The notes under the pieces were generated by a model. The model was not told where the DNA came from, did not search any database, and saw only the letters and a program-made list of their open reading frames with translations. Shown here piece by piece: positions 1-12,501 of a DNA stretch of 64,000 nucleotides (the stretch's first letter is position 1; each line of letters begins with the position of its first letter). The DNA comes from Centroscyllium fabricii (taxonomy: Eukaryota). The stretch covers positions 159,030,001-159,094,000 of the forward strand of contig JBNRSN020000010.1 of the NCBI GenBank assembly GCA_051313645.2, written 5' to 3'. The position numbers and the translations under genes were made by a program.

Positions 1-807
1 CCACCGCGTTGGAGAGGGAGATCGCCTCTTCCAGCGATAGTGTCTCTTTCTCCAGTAGCCGCTGGCGGGCCTGGGCGGACCTGATCCCCATCACGTAGGC
101 GTCCCGGATGAGGAGATTCGCCTCCTCCTGTGCCGTCCGTGCCTTGCAGTCACAGGCCCGGACGAGGGCTTGGTGCGCCAACAGGTACTGTTCGTTGGAC
201 TCCCCAATTAGTTGTTGTCTGGTCGCCAGCACGTGTCTGGCGTAGACCGAGTGGACCGGGCGAACGTAGCATGCCTTCAGTTTCTCCACGGCTTCTTTGT
301 ACGTTTTAGCGTCGCGGATGAAGGAGTCTTCCCGGCTGGAGATCCTAGATGTGAGAATGTGAAGTTTGTTCCCGTCGGTTGTAGCCTTGTCGGCCTCCAT
401 GTAGGCCTCGACGAGACTGAACCAATGTTCAAATGTATTGGCGGCAGCTGGGTCCTGTGGACTGACGTCCAGCTTTTCGGGTTTCACAGCGCCGCTCTCC
501 ATTTTAATTTTAAAGTGAATAAAATTGACGTATCGTCAATGAATGAAAGACGAGTAGTTACCTTAACTATAGGCTTTTATTTGCTTTACAAAGGAGCTAC
601 GCTCCGGTCGAACATCGAGTACAGAATGAATGGGGGCAGGTCAGACCCCACCTTTCAGGCACTCACCCGAGGGGAGGAGTTAGAGGTGTGGCTGACCTGA
701 CCCTGCGACAGTGTCGTAATACAAAAACTATGTACAGTGCACCCAGCCGCTATACATGCTGGTTTATAGTGTGCTTAACTATTACAGTGGTAATAACGGT
801 TACCACA
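1..807 (-). mobile_element. Gypsy LTR retrotransposon, diverged relative of family F: 5' LTR (526-807) plus start of gag (ATG at 502); runs off the window
   Basis: Minus strand reads TGTGGTAACC...CGATACGTCA, the same termini as the LTRs at 18209, 22742, 46266 and 55440. The following ORF begins MESGAVKPEKLDVSPQDPAAA, homologous to gag at 22716 and 55414. Confidence 0.9.
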
Positions 808-942
808 ATGCTATCACTACTGTCATGGGTGGACTGTCGCTTTAAATCTCTAGGCTTCTTTTCAGTTATTGGATTATTACCTGTTGTTATGTATTCACAT
901 CTGATTGGTCAACTCCTAGCATACTGTTTAACTTGAGCTAGA

Positions 943-982
943 TATAAACCACCTGCTGGCCTGTTGGCCTTGTCGGATTGTT
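943..982 (+). promoter_or_regulatory. LTR TATA box (943-948) and predicted transcript 5' end / self-primer (972-982)
   Basis: TATAAA lies 29 nt upstream of GTCGGATTGTT, which is the exact reverse complement of 1394-1404. Confidence 0.75.
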
Positions 983-1410
983 ATTTCTCATGTCACTTGT
1001 TGAAGTGTTCAGTGTTTCTGTATCCTGTTATTTGGTATATTATATTGAGTTCTATTCCAGTTGTTTTTGGATTACCAGTTTTCTGTCGAGTTGGATTACT
1101 TGCTGTACTCGGAACAAGGAGTCATCTCCTCTGGACTGTGGATTACTGGGAGTACTTCTGCACCAGGCTTTGGGCCTTGTTACTACAACCACCTGAACTT
1201 GGGTTTGGACTTTTGAACTGCTGTTTACCGGCACTCGGGATATTTGACTGTTTCATTCATTGTTATTGCACTGTGATTAATGCTCTCTGTATATTGATAT
1301 ATTTGCATGTTTTGATACTTAGGAATAAAGCACTTTATTTCTAATAGACAGACTCCGGTGTTCTGCAATTGGGTTCAAACCAAACCCTTACAGAACAATC
1401 CGACCTAATC

Positions 1411-2322
1411 ATGAACCCAGCGGACACACCGGGACGTCTGGCACGCATTGAGGAGGCCCTAGCACATCAGGGTCGGGCCTTTGGGGAGATGTTTTCTAAA
1501 ATGGAACAGCTAACCTCCGACTGGAGGTCGCTCTCAACATCAGAATCAGCTTCCATGCCTCTCCTACAGAGCATCACACCCGAGCCCCGAGTCGGGGTAC
1601 CGGAACGTTATGCCGGTGAACCAGAACAGTGCGACCCATTTATTACAAACTGCTCTATCCTTTTTTCGTTACAACCTCGCACCTTTGCCAGCGAAAAGGC
1701 AAGGGTAGCTTTTGTGATAAACCATCTCTCTGGGAGAGCTAGACTCTGGGGAACAGCCGAGTGGGAGAGAGATACTCAGGCATGCAGTTCGTTCAGGACA
1801 TTTTCAGATGAGTTAAGAAGGGTTTTTGGCAAGGTAGCCTTTGGGGCTGAAGCGGCTGAGGGGCTCATGAGCATGAGCCAGGGTAATCAGGCGGTTGTTG
1901 ATTACACCATTGATTTTCGTATTAAGGCTCGTTTGAGCAATTGGAACATGGCTGCCCTATGTGAGGTTTTCCTTCATGGATTGGCAGGGTACATCAAGGA
2001 TGAGTTGGTGTCACATGATCTCCCGTCCACCTTGGATGATCTCATCAGCCTAGCCACTAGGATCGATCTACGGATCCAAGCACGGCAGCGTGAGAGAGGA
2101 CTGGGAACAACGGGTCGTCATCCTGTTAGACGGGTTCAGGAGGGATTCGTGGCGCCCAGAGATTCGGCTACGTCAGGGGGTCCCGAACCCATGCAGTTGG
2201 GCCGCACAGGCATCTCACCATTAGAGCGGAGTCGGCGCCGCAGGGAAAGACTATGCCTATACTGTGGTCAGGCCGGCCATTTTGTCTTCCAGTGTCCGGT
2301 AAAAGACCAGACTCACCAGTAG
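1411..2322 (+). CDS. gag: Gag of the sushi-type element (capsid plus CCHC zinc knuckle), intact
   Basis: Open frame from ATG 1411. Motifs [17 protein letters not shown] and [14 protein letters not shown] are typical of sushi/PEG10-related Gag. Confidence 0.92.
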   Translation: MNPADTPGRLARIEEALAHQGRAFGEMFSKMEQLTSDWRSLSTSESASMPLLQSITPEPRVGVPERYAGEPEQCDPFITNCSILFSLQPRTFASEKARVAFVINHLSGRARLWGTAEWERDTQACSSFRTFSDELRRVFGKVAFGAEAAEGLMSMSQGNQAVVDYTIDFRIKARLSNWNMAALCEVFLHGLAGYIKDELVSHDLPSTLDDLISLATRIDLRIQARQRERGLGTTGRHPVRRVQEGFVAPRDSATSGGPEPMQLGRTGISPLERSRRRRERLCLYCGQAGHFVFQCPVKDQTHQ

Positions 2323-5300
2323 AGGGAGTCGTACTGGTGAGCCGAACTCCGACTAGACTCTCTTCTAATTCACGACCCTTGTGCCAGGCCCGACTTCTTC
2401 TGCCTTCAGGATTTCGGACGTTCGCCATATTCATCGACTCGGGAGCGGATGTCAATATTATTGATGAGGAGCTGGTTACACAATTGGGGATCGACCGGTG
2501 TCCACTGCCGCAACCGGTTTCTGCCAACGCTCTTGATGGCCACCTCCTGGGAACGGTGACTCATCAAACGTCGCCCATCCATTTATTGTTGTCAGGAAAT
2601 CATCATGAGAGCATTCGTTTTCATATCCTGGATTCGCCCCAGCTTCCTCTTATTCTGGGACACGCGTGGCTTCGTCGTCACAATCCCCACATCGACTGGA
2701 ACACGGGAGCCATTTTGGGTTGGAGTCACTCCTGTCACCAGGTCTGTTTAAAACAAGCTACTGTAATCCGTCAGTCTGTCACACCTCTTCCCATTTCTGA
2801 TCTTTCTGCGGTCCCCACCGAGTATCACGATTTTGGGGAGGTGTTTAGTAAGGCTAGAGCCACTTCGCTACCTCCACATCGCCCCTACGATTGTGCAATT
2901 GAATTGTTGCCAGGCTCTTCCCCACCTAGGGGGCGCCTGTATTCACTATCTGCACCTGAGAGGAAGGCCATGGAGACATATATCGAAGACTCAATGTCAG
3001 CTGGGATCATCCGTTCTTCCTCATCACCAGCGGGGGCTGGATTCTTTTTCGTAGGGAAAAAGGACGGTTCGCTCCGACCTTGTATTGATTATAGAGGGCT
3101 AAACGAGATTACTATCAAGAATCGGTACCCCCTGCCTCTTATCTCTTCAGCGTTTGAGTTGATTCAGGGAGCAACCATCTTCTCTAAGTTAAATCTTCGC
3201 AACGCGTACCATCTGGTCCGGATACGGGAGGGCGATGAGTGGAAGACCGCCTTCAACACTCCTTCTGGACATTACGAGTATCTCGTTATGCCGTTCGGGT
3301 TCAGGCCCTGGTCAACGACGTCCTTCGGGACATGCTAAATATCTTTGTATTCGTTTATATGGATGATATCCTGATATTTTCGAAAACTCAGGAGGAGCAT
3401 GTCCATCACGTTCAGACGGTCTTACAAAGACTCCTGGAAAACTCCTTATTTGTTAAGGCCGAGAAATGCGAGTTTCATGTATCCACCGTCTCCTTCCTGG
3501 GTTATATTATTGCGCAGGGGAGCGTGCGAATGGACCCTGAGAAGGTGACAGCCGTTACGACTTGGCCCAGTCCGGAGACTCGCAAGCAACTACAACGGTT
3601 TCTGGGGTTCGCAAATTTTTACCGAAAATTTATTCGCGGCTATAGTACGGTAGCAGCACCATTATCGGCGCTTACCTCATCTAAGGTGCCATTCAGGTGG
3701 TCTATCGCTGCTGAGGAGGCGTTTAAGGAACTTAGGTCCCGATTTACTTCTGCTCCCATTCTTCAGGTACCTGATCCGGATCGACAGTTCGTCGTAGAGG
3801 TAGATGCATCTGATGTGGGAGTTGGAGCCATCTTATCTCAGAGGTCGGTTTCTGACCAGAAGATTCATCCATGTGCCTTCTTCTCCAAGCGCCTGTCTCC
3901 GGCGGAGATGAATTATGATATCGGAGACCGGGAATTGCTGGCGGTCAAGATGGCCTTAGAGGAGTGGCGCCACTGGCTGGAGGGGACCAAGCTGCCGTTT
4001 CTTGTTTGGACTGACCACAAGAATTTAGAATACATACGTACGGCTAAGAGACTAAACTCACGTCAGGCTAGATGGTCTCTCTTTTTTACAAGATTTAACT
4101 TCACTCTCTCCTACAGGCCCGGCTCCCGCAACGTCAAGCCCGATGCTCTATCACGCCTATTTCTGAAGGAGGAGGGTTCCGCTCCAGGATCGGACCTCAT
4201 TTTGCCAGCCTCCTGCCTTATTGCTGCGGTCACATGGGAGATCGAAGAGAGGGTAAGAGCAGCGGCGGGGGATCAGGGTGGGCCCAGCGGTTGTCCCCCC
4301 GACCGTTTGTTTGTACCCATGAACATTCGATCTGATGTCCTTCTGTGGGCTCATGCGTCCAAGTTGTCCTGCCATCCTGGGGCACCCAGGACCAAGGAGG
4401 TGATTTTGCGGAGGTTCTGGTGGGACACGCTGGAGGAAGACACTCGGGAGTTCGTCAATGCCTGTCCGGTTTGTAACCAGCACAAGTCTTCTCGTCGGGC
4501 TCCTGCTGGCCTTCTGCAACCGTTACCTATACCACATCGTCCTTGGTCACACATAGCCCTGGACTTCGTCACAGGACTACCCTCGTCCAAGGGACTGACC
4601 ACGGTTCTGACGGTGGTTGACAGATTCAGTAAAATGGCACATTTCATACCCTTACCTAAGCTGCCCTCTGCTAAGGAAACAGCGGAACTCATGTTGCAGC
4701 ACGTGTTTCGGCTTCATGGGCTTCCAGTGGATGTGGTTTCCGATCGGGGTCCCCAATTTACATCTATATTCTGGAGGGAATTCTGTAGTCTTATCGGGGC
4801 CACGGTCAGTCTGTCGTCGGGATTCCATCCTCAGTCCAATGGACAATCGGAGAGGATGAATCAGGAGATGGAGAAGGCACTTCGGTGCATGGTCTCCAAA
4901 AATCCCTCTTCCTGGTCCCAATTACTATTATGGGTGGAGTATGCGCACAATACGCTGACCAGCTCCGCTACAGGACTTTCGCCTTTTCAGTGCGCTTATG
5001 GTTTCCAGCCTCCATTGTTTCCAGACCTGGAGAAGGAAGTATCTTGTTCGTCCGTCCAAGACTTCATTCAACGATGTCACAGGACATGGGATCAGGCGCG
5101 GATGTCGCTGCTTCGCTCGGCGGATCGATACTCGACTGCGGCCAACCGTCGTCGTTCTAAAGCTCCGGAGTATCGGGTTGGGCAGAAGGTTTGGCTCTCC
5201 ACAAGGGATCTGCCTCTACAAATTGAGTCAAAGAAACTCGCTCCCCGGTTTATCGGACCCTTCGAGGTGCAAAGAATCATAAACCCTGCTGCGGTGAGAC

Positions 5301-5773
5301 TCAAGCTCCCCAGTTCCATGCGGGTCCACCCGACTTTTCACGTGTCGCGCATCAAGCCTGCTCGGGAAAGTACCTTGGTACCCGTTGCCGCACCTCCTCC
5401 ACCTCCTCGTATGCTCGACGGTGGATTAGTATACACGGTCCGTCGTTTACTTGACTCCCGTCGTCGAGGGAGGGGACTTCAGTACCTAGTGGACTGGGAG
5501 GGGTATGGTCCGGAGGAGAGGTCCTGGGTTCCTGCTCGTAATATTATGGATCCTAGGCTCATTTCTGAGTTTCGCAAGCAACACCCTGGTCAACCGAAAA
5601 AAGGGAAGGCGGTTCCTAGGAGGTCTGGACAGGTTTTCGACCCCATTCTGATTCAGGAGGCCCTGGACGATAATGTGGCATCTGATTGCGAGGGTCCTGA
5701 ATCGGTGGAGCAGGAGGATTCTTTTCAATCCGATGAGGAGATGGCCATTGAGGAGGGACCCGAGGATTGTTAG
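2253..5773 (+). pseudogene. pol: Pol (PR, RT, RNase H, integrase, chromodomain) with a frameshifting deletion at ~3300 and an RT catalytic D>N change
   Basis: Motifs: DSGA protease, YMDD, DASD RNase H, HHCC and DDE integrase, [18 protein letters not shown] chromodomain. MPFG jumps to QALVND across frames. KLNLRNAY replaces the usual KLDLRNAY (codon 3192-3194). Confidence 0.92.
2298..2350 (+). promoter_or_regulatory. Putative -1 ribosomal frameshift signal: G_GTA_AAA, 7-nt spacer, pseudoknot
   Basis: pol lies in the -1 frame. Perfect 10-bp stem 2312-2321/2332-2341. Loop GGAGT (2325-2329) can pair with ACTCC (2346-2350). Confidence 0.7.
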
Positions 5774-7633
5774 TTCCTTCTCCTCAACCCCCCCGCCCAC
5801 CCGTTTCCGGCTGTTTGGGCTTTTGGGGACGTCAGGTGTCGTCCCTTAAGGGGGGGGTTCTGTCATGGGTGGACTGTCGCTTTAAATCTCTAGGCTTCTT
5901 TTCGGTTATTGGATTATTACCTGTTGTTATGTATTCACATCTGATTGGTCAACTCCTAGCATACTGTTTAACTTGAGCTAGATATAAACCACCTGCTGGC
6001 CTGTTGGCCTTGTCGGATTGTTATTTCTCATGTCACTTGTTGAAGTGTTCAGTGTTTCTGTATCCTGTTATTTGGTATATTATATTGAGTTCTATTCCAG
6101 TCGTTTTTGGATTACCAGTTTTCTGTCGAGTTGGATTACTTGCTGTACTCGGAACAAGGAGTCATCTCCTCTGGACTGTGGATTACTGGGAGTACTTCTG
6201 CACCAGGCTTTGGGCCTTGTTACTACAACCACCTGAACTTGGGTTTGGACTTTTGAACTGCTGTTTACCGGCACTCGGGATATTTGACTATTTCATTCAT
6301 TGTTATTGCACTGTGATTAATGCTCTCTGTATATTGATATATTTGCATGTTTTGATACCACAGATACTTAGGAATAAAGCACTTTATTTCTAATAGACAG
6401 ACTCCGGTGTTCTGCAATTGGGTTCAAACCAAACCCTTACACACTACGGCTCTTCACTCTGCACTAAACCACCTAGATAGCAAAGATACGTATATCAGAA
6501 TGCTGTTTATTGACTACAGCTCAGCATTCAACACCATCGTCCCCAGCAAATTGTCTAACAAACTCCTCACCCTCAGCCTGAACACCTCCCTCTGCAACTG
6601 GACCCTGGACTTCCTAACCAACAGACCACAGTTAGGCAACCTCACCTCCCCCACCACTTACCCTGAACACGGGGTCCCCACAAGGCTGTGAGCTGAGCCC
6701 CCTCCTCTACTCCCTCTTCACTCACGACTGTGCGGCTGTCCATGGCTCCAACACGATCATCAAGTTTGCGGATGACACCACGGTGGTTGGCCAGATCACC
6801 AACAACGACGAGACAGCCTACAGGGATGAGATCCAGCGCCTTGTGGGATGGTGTGCCGACAACAACCTGGCACTGAACACCAAGAAAACTAAGGAGATCA
6901 TAGTGGACTTCCGGAGGACTGGAAGCAGAAGACACCCCCCCATCTTCATCCAAGGGGCTGAGGTGGAAAGGGTGTCCAGCTTCAAGTTCCTCGGGGTCCA
7001 CATCTCGGAAGATCTCTCCTGGTCACTAAACACCTCCTCTCTGGTTAAGAAGGCCCAACAGCGCCTGTACTTCCTAAGAAAGCTGAAGAAAGCCAGGCTG
7101 TCATCCGGCATCCTCTCCAACTTCTACCGCTGCACAATTGAAAGCATACTGACAAGCTGCATCACAGTCTGGTATGGAAATTGCACTATCTCGGACCGGA
7201 AGACCCTGCAGCGGGTAGTCAAAACTGCCCAACGAATCACCGGTACCCAGCTACCATCAATGGAAAGCATCTACCTCAAACGCTGCTTACGGAGGTCTCT
7301 GAACATTATCAAAGACCCCACACACCCCAGCCACAGTCTGTTCGCCCCCCTGCCCTCCGGGAGACGCTACAGATCAATTTGCACCCGCACAACTAGATTT
7401 AAGAACAGCTTCTTCCCCAGGGCTGTCAGCCTCCTGAACTCTAAAAAGAAACTCCGGTACCTGCACACCTGATAATGTACTTTACTGTATGCAATTTGCA
7501 TGTAATTTATTTGCACTACTCTTGGGATCGGCAAGTCTTCGTCTCGTTGTATTGTACTAGTACTCTGCAATGACAATAAAACTTGAATTGAATTGAATTG
7601 AATTAAATTGAATTGAATTGAATTGAATTGAAT

Positions 7634-8995
7634 TGTCCACAAAAAGCAGCACAAATCCAACCCGGCCAATTACCGTCCCATCAGTCTACTCTCAATCATC
7701 AGCAAAAATTATGGAAGGTGTCATCGACAGTGCTATCGGGCGGCACTTACTCACCAATAACCTGCTCACTGATGCCCAGTTTGGGTTCCGCCAAGACCAC
7801 TCGGCTCCCGACCTCATTACAGCCTTGGTCCAAATCTGGACAAAGGAGCTGAATTCCAGAGGTGAGGTGAGAGTGACTGACCTTGACATCAAGGCAGCAT
7901 TTGACTGAGTCTGGCATCAAGGAGCCCTAGTAAAACTGAAGTCAGTGGGAATCAGGGGAAAACACTCCACTGGCTGGAGTCATACCTAGCACAAAGGAAG
8001 GTGGTTGAAGGTTAATCATCACAGCCCCAGGACATCGCTGCATAAGTTCCTCAGGTCAGGGTCCTAGGCCCAACCATCTTCAGCTGCTTCATCAATGACC
8101 TTCCCTCCAACATATGGTCAGAAATGGGGATGTTCGCTGCTGACTGCACAGTGTTCAGCGCCATTCAGAACTCCTCAGATAATGAAGCAGTCCATGCCCG
8201 CATGCAACAAGACCTGAAGGACATTCAGGCTTGGGCTGATAACTGGCAGGTAACATTCGCGCCACAGAAGTGTCAGGCAATGACTATCTCCAACAAGCGA
8301 GAGTCTAACCACCTCCCCTTGACATTCAATGGCAATTCCATCACCTAATCCCCCACTATCAACATCCTGGGGGTCACCATTGACCAGAAACTTAACTGGA
8401 CCAGCCACATAAATACTGTGGCAACAAGAGCAGGTCAGCGGCTAGGTATTCTGTGGTGAGTGTCTCACCTCCTGACTCCCCAAAACCTGTCCACCATCTA
8501 CAAGGCACACATAATGAGTGCCGCTCCAACAACACTCAAGAAGCTCGACTCCATACAGGACAAAGCAGCCCACTTGATTGGCACCCCATCCACCACCTTA
8601 AACATTCACTCTCTCCACCACCGGCGCACCGTGGCTGCAGTGTGTACCATCTACAAGATGCACTGCAGCAACTTGCCAAGGCTTATTCGGCAGCAACTCC
8701 CAAACCCGCGACCTCTTCCACCTAGAAGGACAAGGGCAGCAGGCGCATGGGAACACTGCCACCTTCAGGTTCCCCTCCAAGTCACACACCATCCTGGCTT
8801 AGAAGTATATCGCCAATTCTTCATCGTCGCTGGGTCAAAATCCTGGAACTTACTACCTAATAGCACTGTGGGAGTACCTTCACCACACGGACTGCAGCGG
8901 TTCAAGAAGGCAGCTCACCACCACCTTCTGAAGGGTAACTAGGGATGGGCAATAAATGCCGGCATTGCCGGCGATGCCCACATCCCATAAATACA
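7634..8995 (+). mobile_element. Decayed CR1/L2-group LINE, 3' part
   Basis: NPANYRPISLLSII, QFGFRQ, DIKAAFD and FAAD (degenerate FADD), with stops and frameshifts. Its 3' tail is shared with the SINE at 15640-16067. Confidence 0.85.
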
Positions 8996-9135
8996 TTTTT
9001 AAAAATGAATTAAATAAAAATCTCTCTTTTCTCTCCTTATTTGCATTTTGCCTGTCGCGTAATTGGAGCTGCATTTTCGTAGCTCAAACAGACATAATCA
9101 GCATTCACTAACATTACTTCCTATATAAGACATTA

Positions 9136-9838
9136 GGGGAAAAAATTACTTTTAGCGCCCGAAAAAGGTAGCATCCCCGCGCCGTAAATTGAGTGGTAGC
9201 GCTCCAAGCAGGAGACGTGGCGCTACTGGAAACACTCCCACTCCCTCTTGGGGCGCCACCATTCAATATCGTGGCGCTACGTGCAACTGCATCACGCGCA
9301 TAGTGCTGCAATATTACAGGCCTTTCCCCCCCGGATTAAAGGTGAGGGGCTTAGCGCAGCACGCACCGGGGCCCTGCTGGACCGCTGGGGAGTGCCGGGC
9401 TGACCGATCAAGCTGCATAAAGCTCTATCTGTCTTCCAAATGCAGTAAGCAACAACTTCTGAGCTTGGAAAGTGAACAGCTGTGAGATGGGAGCTTTTAC
9501 AGCACATTTGCAGTCAAGAGATCATTTCATGGTAACATAACTCCCGACCTCTTTACCTGACATGATCCCCGAGCAGCGCCGACCCAGTGGGCGACCTTGT
9601 AAAATTTAAAGGAGCACTCAAAATACTTTTTAAGTGGCTCTTAACAAGGTCATAATGACCTAAATTGCCTCCTCCGCCACTGCAAGTCGGGTCTGTTTAG
9701 CGTTGACAGATCCGACATTTGGGAAAGTCTTATGGTGGCGGGTTGACAGCGGGTTGCGACTCGCTGTTTAAAAAAAAAATTCCCACCCGACCCGCCACCA
9801 AATGCACCAGCTGACTCCCTGAAAAAGTCCCCCCATAG
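9136..9838. mobile_element. Degenerate non-autonomous DNA-transposon fragments, Harbinger-like
   Basis: GGGGAAAAAATT start and ...AAAAAGTCCCCCC end. The start resembles 28036 onward, and a hairpin is shared with the 10406/11640 junction. Confidence 0.4.
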
Positions 9839-10413
9839 TTCCATTATAAATAGGGACATAGAACTTTATAGTAGGTAAGATGAAAACAGGCTTTGTAGAC
9901 AGTCAGACATCATTTTTAAAATTATATTATAGCCATAGATGTGCATTTGAAAACTTGCAATCCTGTTATGACACAGGAAATTTTAGGAATAGGATAAGTC
10001 TTTCTGGGGCCAACAAACCCTTTCATTTTTTAGTTAGAAACACATAGAGGAGTCAAACCCTCACTCTAACAAACTGAACTAAACAATCTCACCTGTTTAA
10101 GGGGAAAGAATCCCATTAGGTTCAGGAGGAAGTGCTAGTGAAACAGATTAAAACTTGCCCATCCAGCAGCAGGTTAGAAATATTAACTGGAGCAGGATTT
10201 TGTATTAAATGGAGGATTTATTTATCTCTAATGTCAACATCAACTTAAGCTTATTGAACAATGACCAGATAGAAATTGAACACCAAGGGCAAAATGTTAC
10301 CGGTGCTGAGAGGATGGGATCAGAGGCGGGTCAGCTGTGACATTTGAAATGATTGACAGCAATCAGGACCCCGCTGTCAACCTGCCTCCACACTTGTCTC
10401 CCAGGTGTCGGGT

Positions 10414-11636
10414 TGAAGGTATAATTACTAGTCGTAGCCCCTTTAGGGCTACCCCGGATCAGGCATATTCCCCAGGTGTTCACTTTCAACTAAAGTTTGA
10501 GGTAGCCGAATCCTAAAGGCGCTTAATTGGGTCGAAAGTTTCAGACCATCTCTCCCTAAAGGAAAGGAACAACCTGAAGATGTTACCATCCTCCAGATAG
10601 CACTTTTAATAAGTTTAGCTAGACTGTAATGTTCCGGATATTATGAGGGTCTAGAAAACTCCCCCAGAATTCTGCAACTCCTCACCAAAGAGCGTACAGA
10701 GATTGAGTTCGCGAGTTTGATACAGAAGTATTATGTGAGACAATTCTAAAAATATATAGATTTATTAAAGAACCGACATATAACTGCAGCAGGTGTTTCA
10801 ATCGCAACGTTAACAATTCCAAAAAGAGAAAGCTTACAATTCTTATCATCATATCTTAACTTCACTTCAGTTTTACAGTTCTCAGACTTATTCATAATAT
10901 CCACCAAAATCAAATACAGTACCATTAATCCCCAAGACACAAAGAGTTGTAAACTTACAGAGCCTGCCTCTAAAGCCTGAGAATTGCTTTGCCCCTTTAC
11001 AATGAATCTATCATCCCATTTGAAAGTTCAGTATTTATATTCTTTCTCAGTTTTATTTCCTTTGACATTTTCTGCTGATGTAAGCTAATTGTCTCTCGTC
11101 ATTTTTCTGCTGACCCCTGCTATTCTTATAGTCACCTCAGCTGGTAGCAATACATACTCATGTCTCTCCTTTAGGTGTTTGAAGCTTGTCATAAAAGACA
11201 GTGCAACAGCAGGTGCATCTATTTGATGTCATTGTTACCAAGGTCTTCTCTTTGTGTCTATGCAATTCTTAGTCACCTCAGCTGGTTGCAACACAGAATT
11301 GTGTCTCCTGTGTTTCATTTGATGTCATTTTTATGAAGGCATATGCTTCTTAATTTTATATGCCTGTTTACGAAGTGTAACTTGGAACACCTTAACCAGG
11401 ATACACCATTGTCTTCTTTCCAAAGATCCAGACTGTCAGGAGCTTCCAACCTCCTGTTTCAATAAGGTTATTGATTCAGTGTCAACAACTTATCTTATCT
11501 CAATAGCCTGAATGCTGTTTACAGCTTTAGATTGTTAAGACTCCCAGATTTCCAAACCCAGTTTGTCATGTTTTAATAAGGCCAGAATTATTTCATAGAA
11601 TGGTGTATATTTCTGAATATGGCTTATTCCTTCACA
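10414..11636 (-). mobile_element. Large solo LTR (1223 bp) with 4-bp TSD
   Basis: TG...CA ends with a TGAAGG/CCTTCA inverted motif. GGGT is duplicated at 10410-10413 and 11637-11640. Removing the insert restores a hairpin GTCGGGTCTG...CAGACCCGAC also seen near 9686. Minus-strand TATAAA ~11035 and AATAAA ~10762. Confidence 0.75.
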
Positions 11637-12228
11637 GGGTCTGTCAGCACTGAACAGACCCGACACCAAACAGCAGGGGAGGCAATTTAGATCATTAGCT
11701 GGATTGTTAAGAGGCAATTAAGTCTTATTTTAAGCTTACCTTTAGATTGTTAGAGTTCACCAACGGCTTCCCTGCTGCTCGGGGATCACATCAGGTAAGG
11801 ACGTTGGGTATTGTGTCAGCATGGGATGATTTACTAACTTGACAGCTGCAAATGGTCTATAATAGCCCCTATTTCATAGGTGTTAACTTTCCATGGTTAG
11901 AAACTTTTGATTACTGCATTTGGAAGACAGGTTGAGCTTTATGCAGCTCATTAAGCTCATCATGCATGGCATTTTGGTGGATAGTGCTTGACCTAACACC
12001 CTCTCCTAACAGTGATCAGCTGATTGGGAGTAAATAAGTTGTTGCTGAGGATTGAGAGCTTGAATTTATACTCACCTTTTACTGGTCACTTGTTGCTGGG
12101 GTTTGAAGAGGACTTGTGAAACACATCAGGAGACTTTTTGGAGCAGTTTGGCAAGACTTCATAACACTCTATCGACATTTATTTTGGAAATTTTCTGAGG
12201 ACTTCACCGAAACTGAGTGAGCACTGTG

Positions 12229-12501
12229 TTATTCAACCTTATTGGACACCTTATAGGAGTCACCAGGAGAAAGGGAGTGCCTGGTCAGGGGCATCTTGCT
12301 AGGGCTCCCCCTTGGTCTGCAGGAGGAGATGAGGCCAGGCAGAGCAGCACCAGTTGCTGCAGGAGAGAGGGACAGGAGGGTGAGGTGGACTCCTTCCCCC
12401 TGCAGATACAGGAGATCCCTCCTCCTCTGGATCTCCTCCACCAGGACTTCCAGTGCCGTGTCCGAGAACCTGTGCGCCCTCTCCTTCGATCCCTGAGCCA
12501 T
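12229..12501 (-). pseudogene. Remnant of a Harbinger/PIF Myb-SANT-like DNA-binding ORF
   Basis: RAHRFSDTALEVLVEEIQRRRDLL resembles the first helix of Harbinger Myb-like/NAIF1-type proteins; the frame degenerates afterwards. Confidence 0.6.

Larger units (their letters stand above)
821..6441 (+). mobile_element. Full-length sushi-type chromoviral Gypsy LTR retrotransposon, young but RT-defective
   Basis: LTRs 821-1392 and 5861-6441 (TG...CA; I see 3 substitutions and one 9-bp indel). Flanking duplication CACTAC at 815-820 and 6442-6447. Domain order gag-PR-RT-RH-IN-chromodomain. Polypurine tract (PPT) at 5848-5857. Confidence 0.96.
808..7633 (+). mobile_element. Rex1/Babar-type LINE (808-820 and 6442-7633), split by the sushi element; (TTGAA)n tail
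   Basis: ATGCTATCACTAC joined to GGCTCTTCACTCTGC rebuilds the sequence of the copy at ~63250 (minus). RT motifs [19 protein letters not shown] and KFADD are present. AATAAA is followed by TTGAA repeats at ~7582-7633. Confidence 0.88.

Noticed and set aside
964-1344. Hydrophobic ORF duplicated at 6004-6393 as a gene or env
   Set aside because: It lies inside the T-rich LTRs, starts at TTG, and is duplicated only because the LTRs are.
1411-5773. Domesticated PEG10/RTL-like host gene
   Set aside because: Near-identical LTRs, a TSD and a PPT show a recent transposon insertion.
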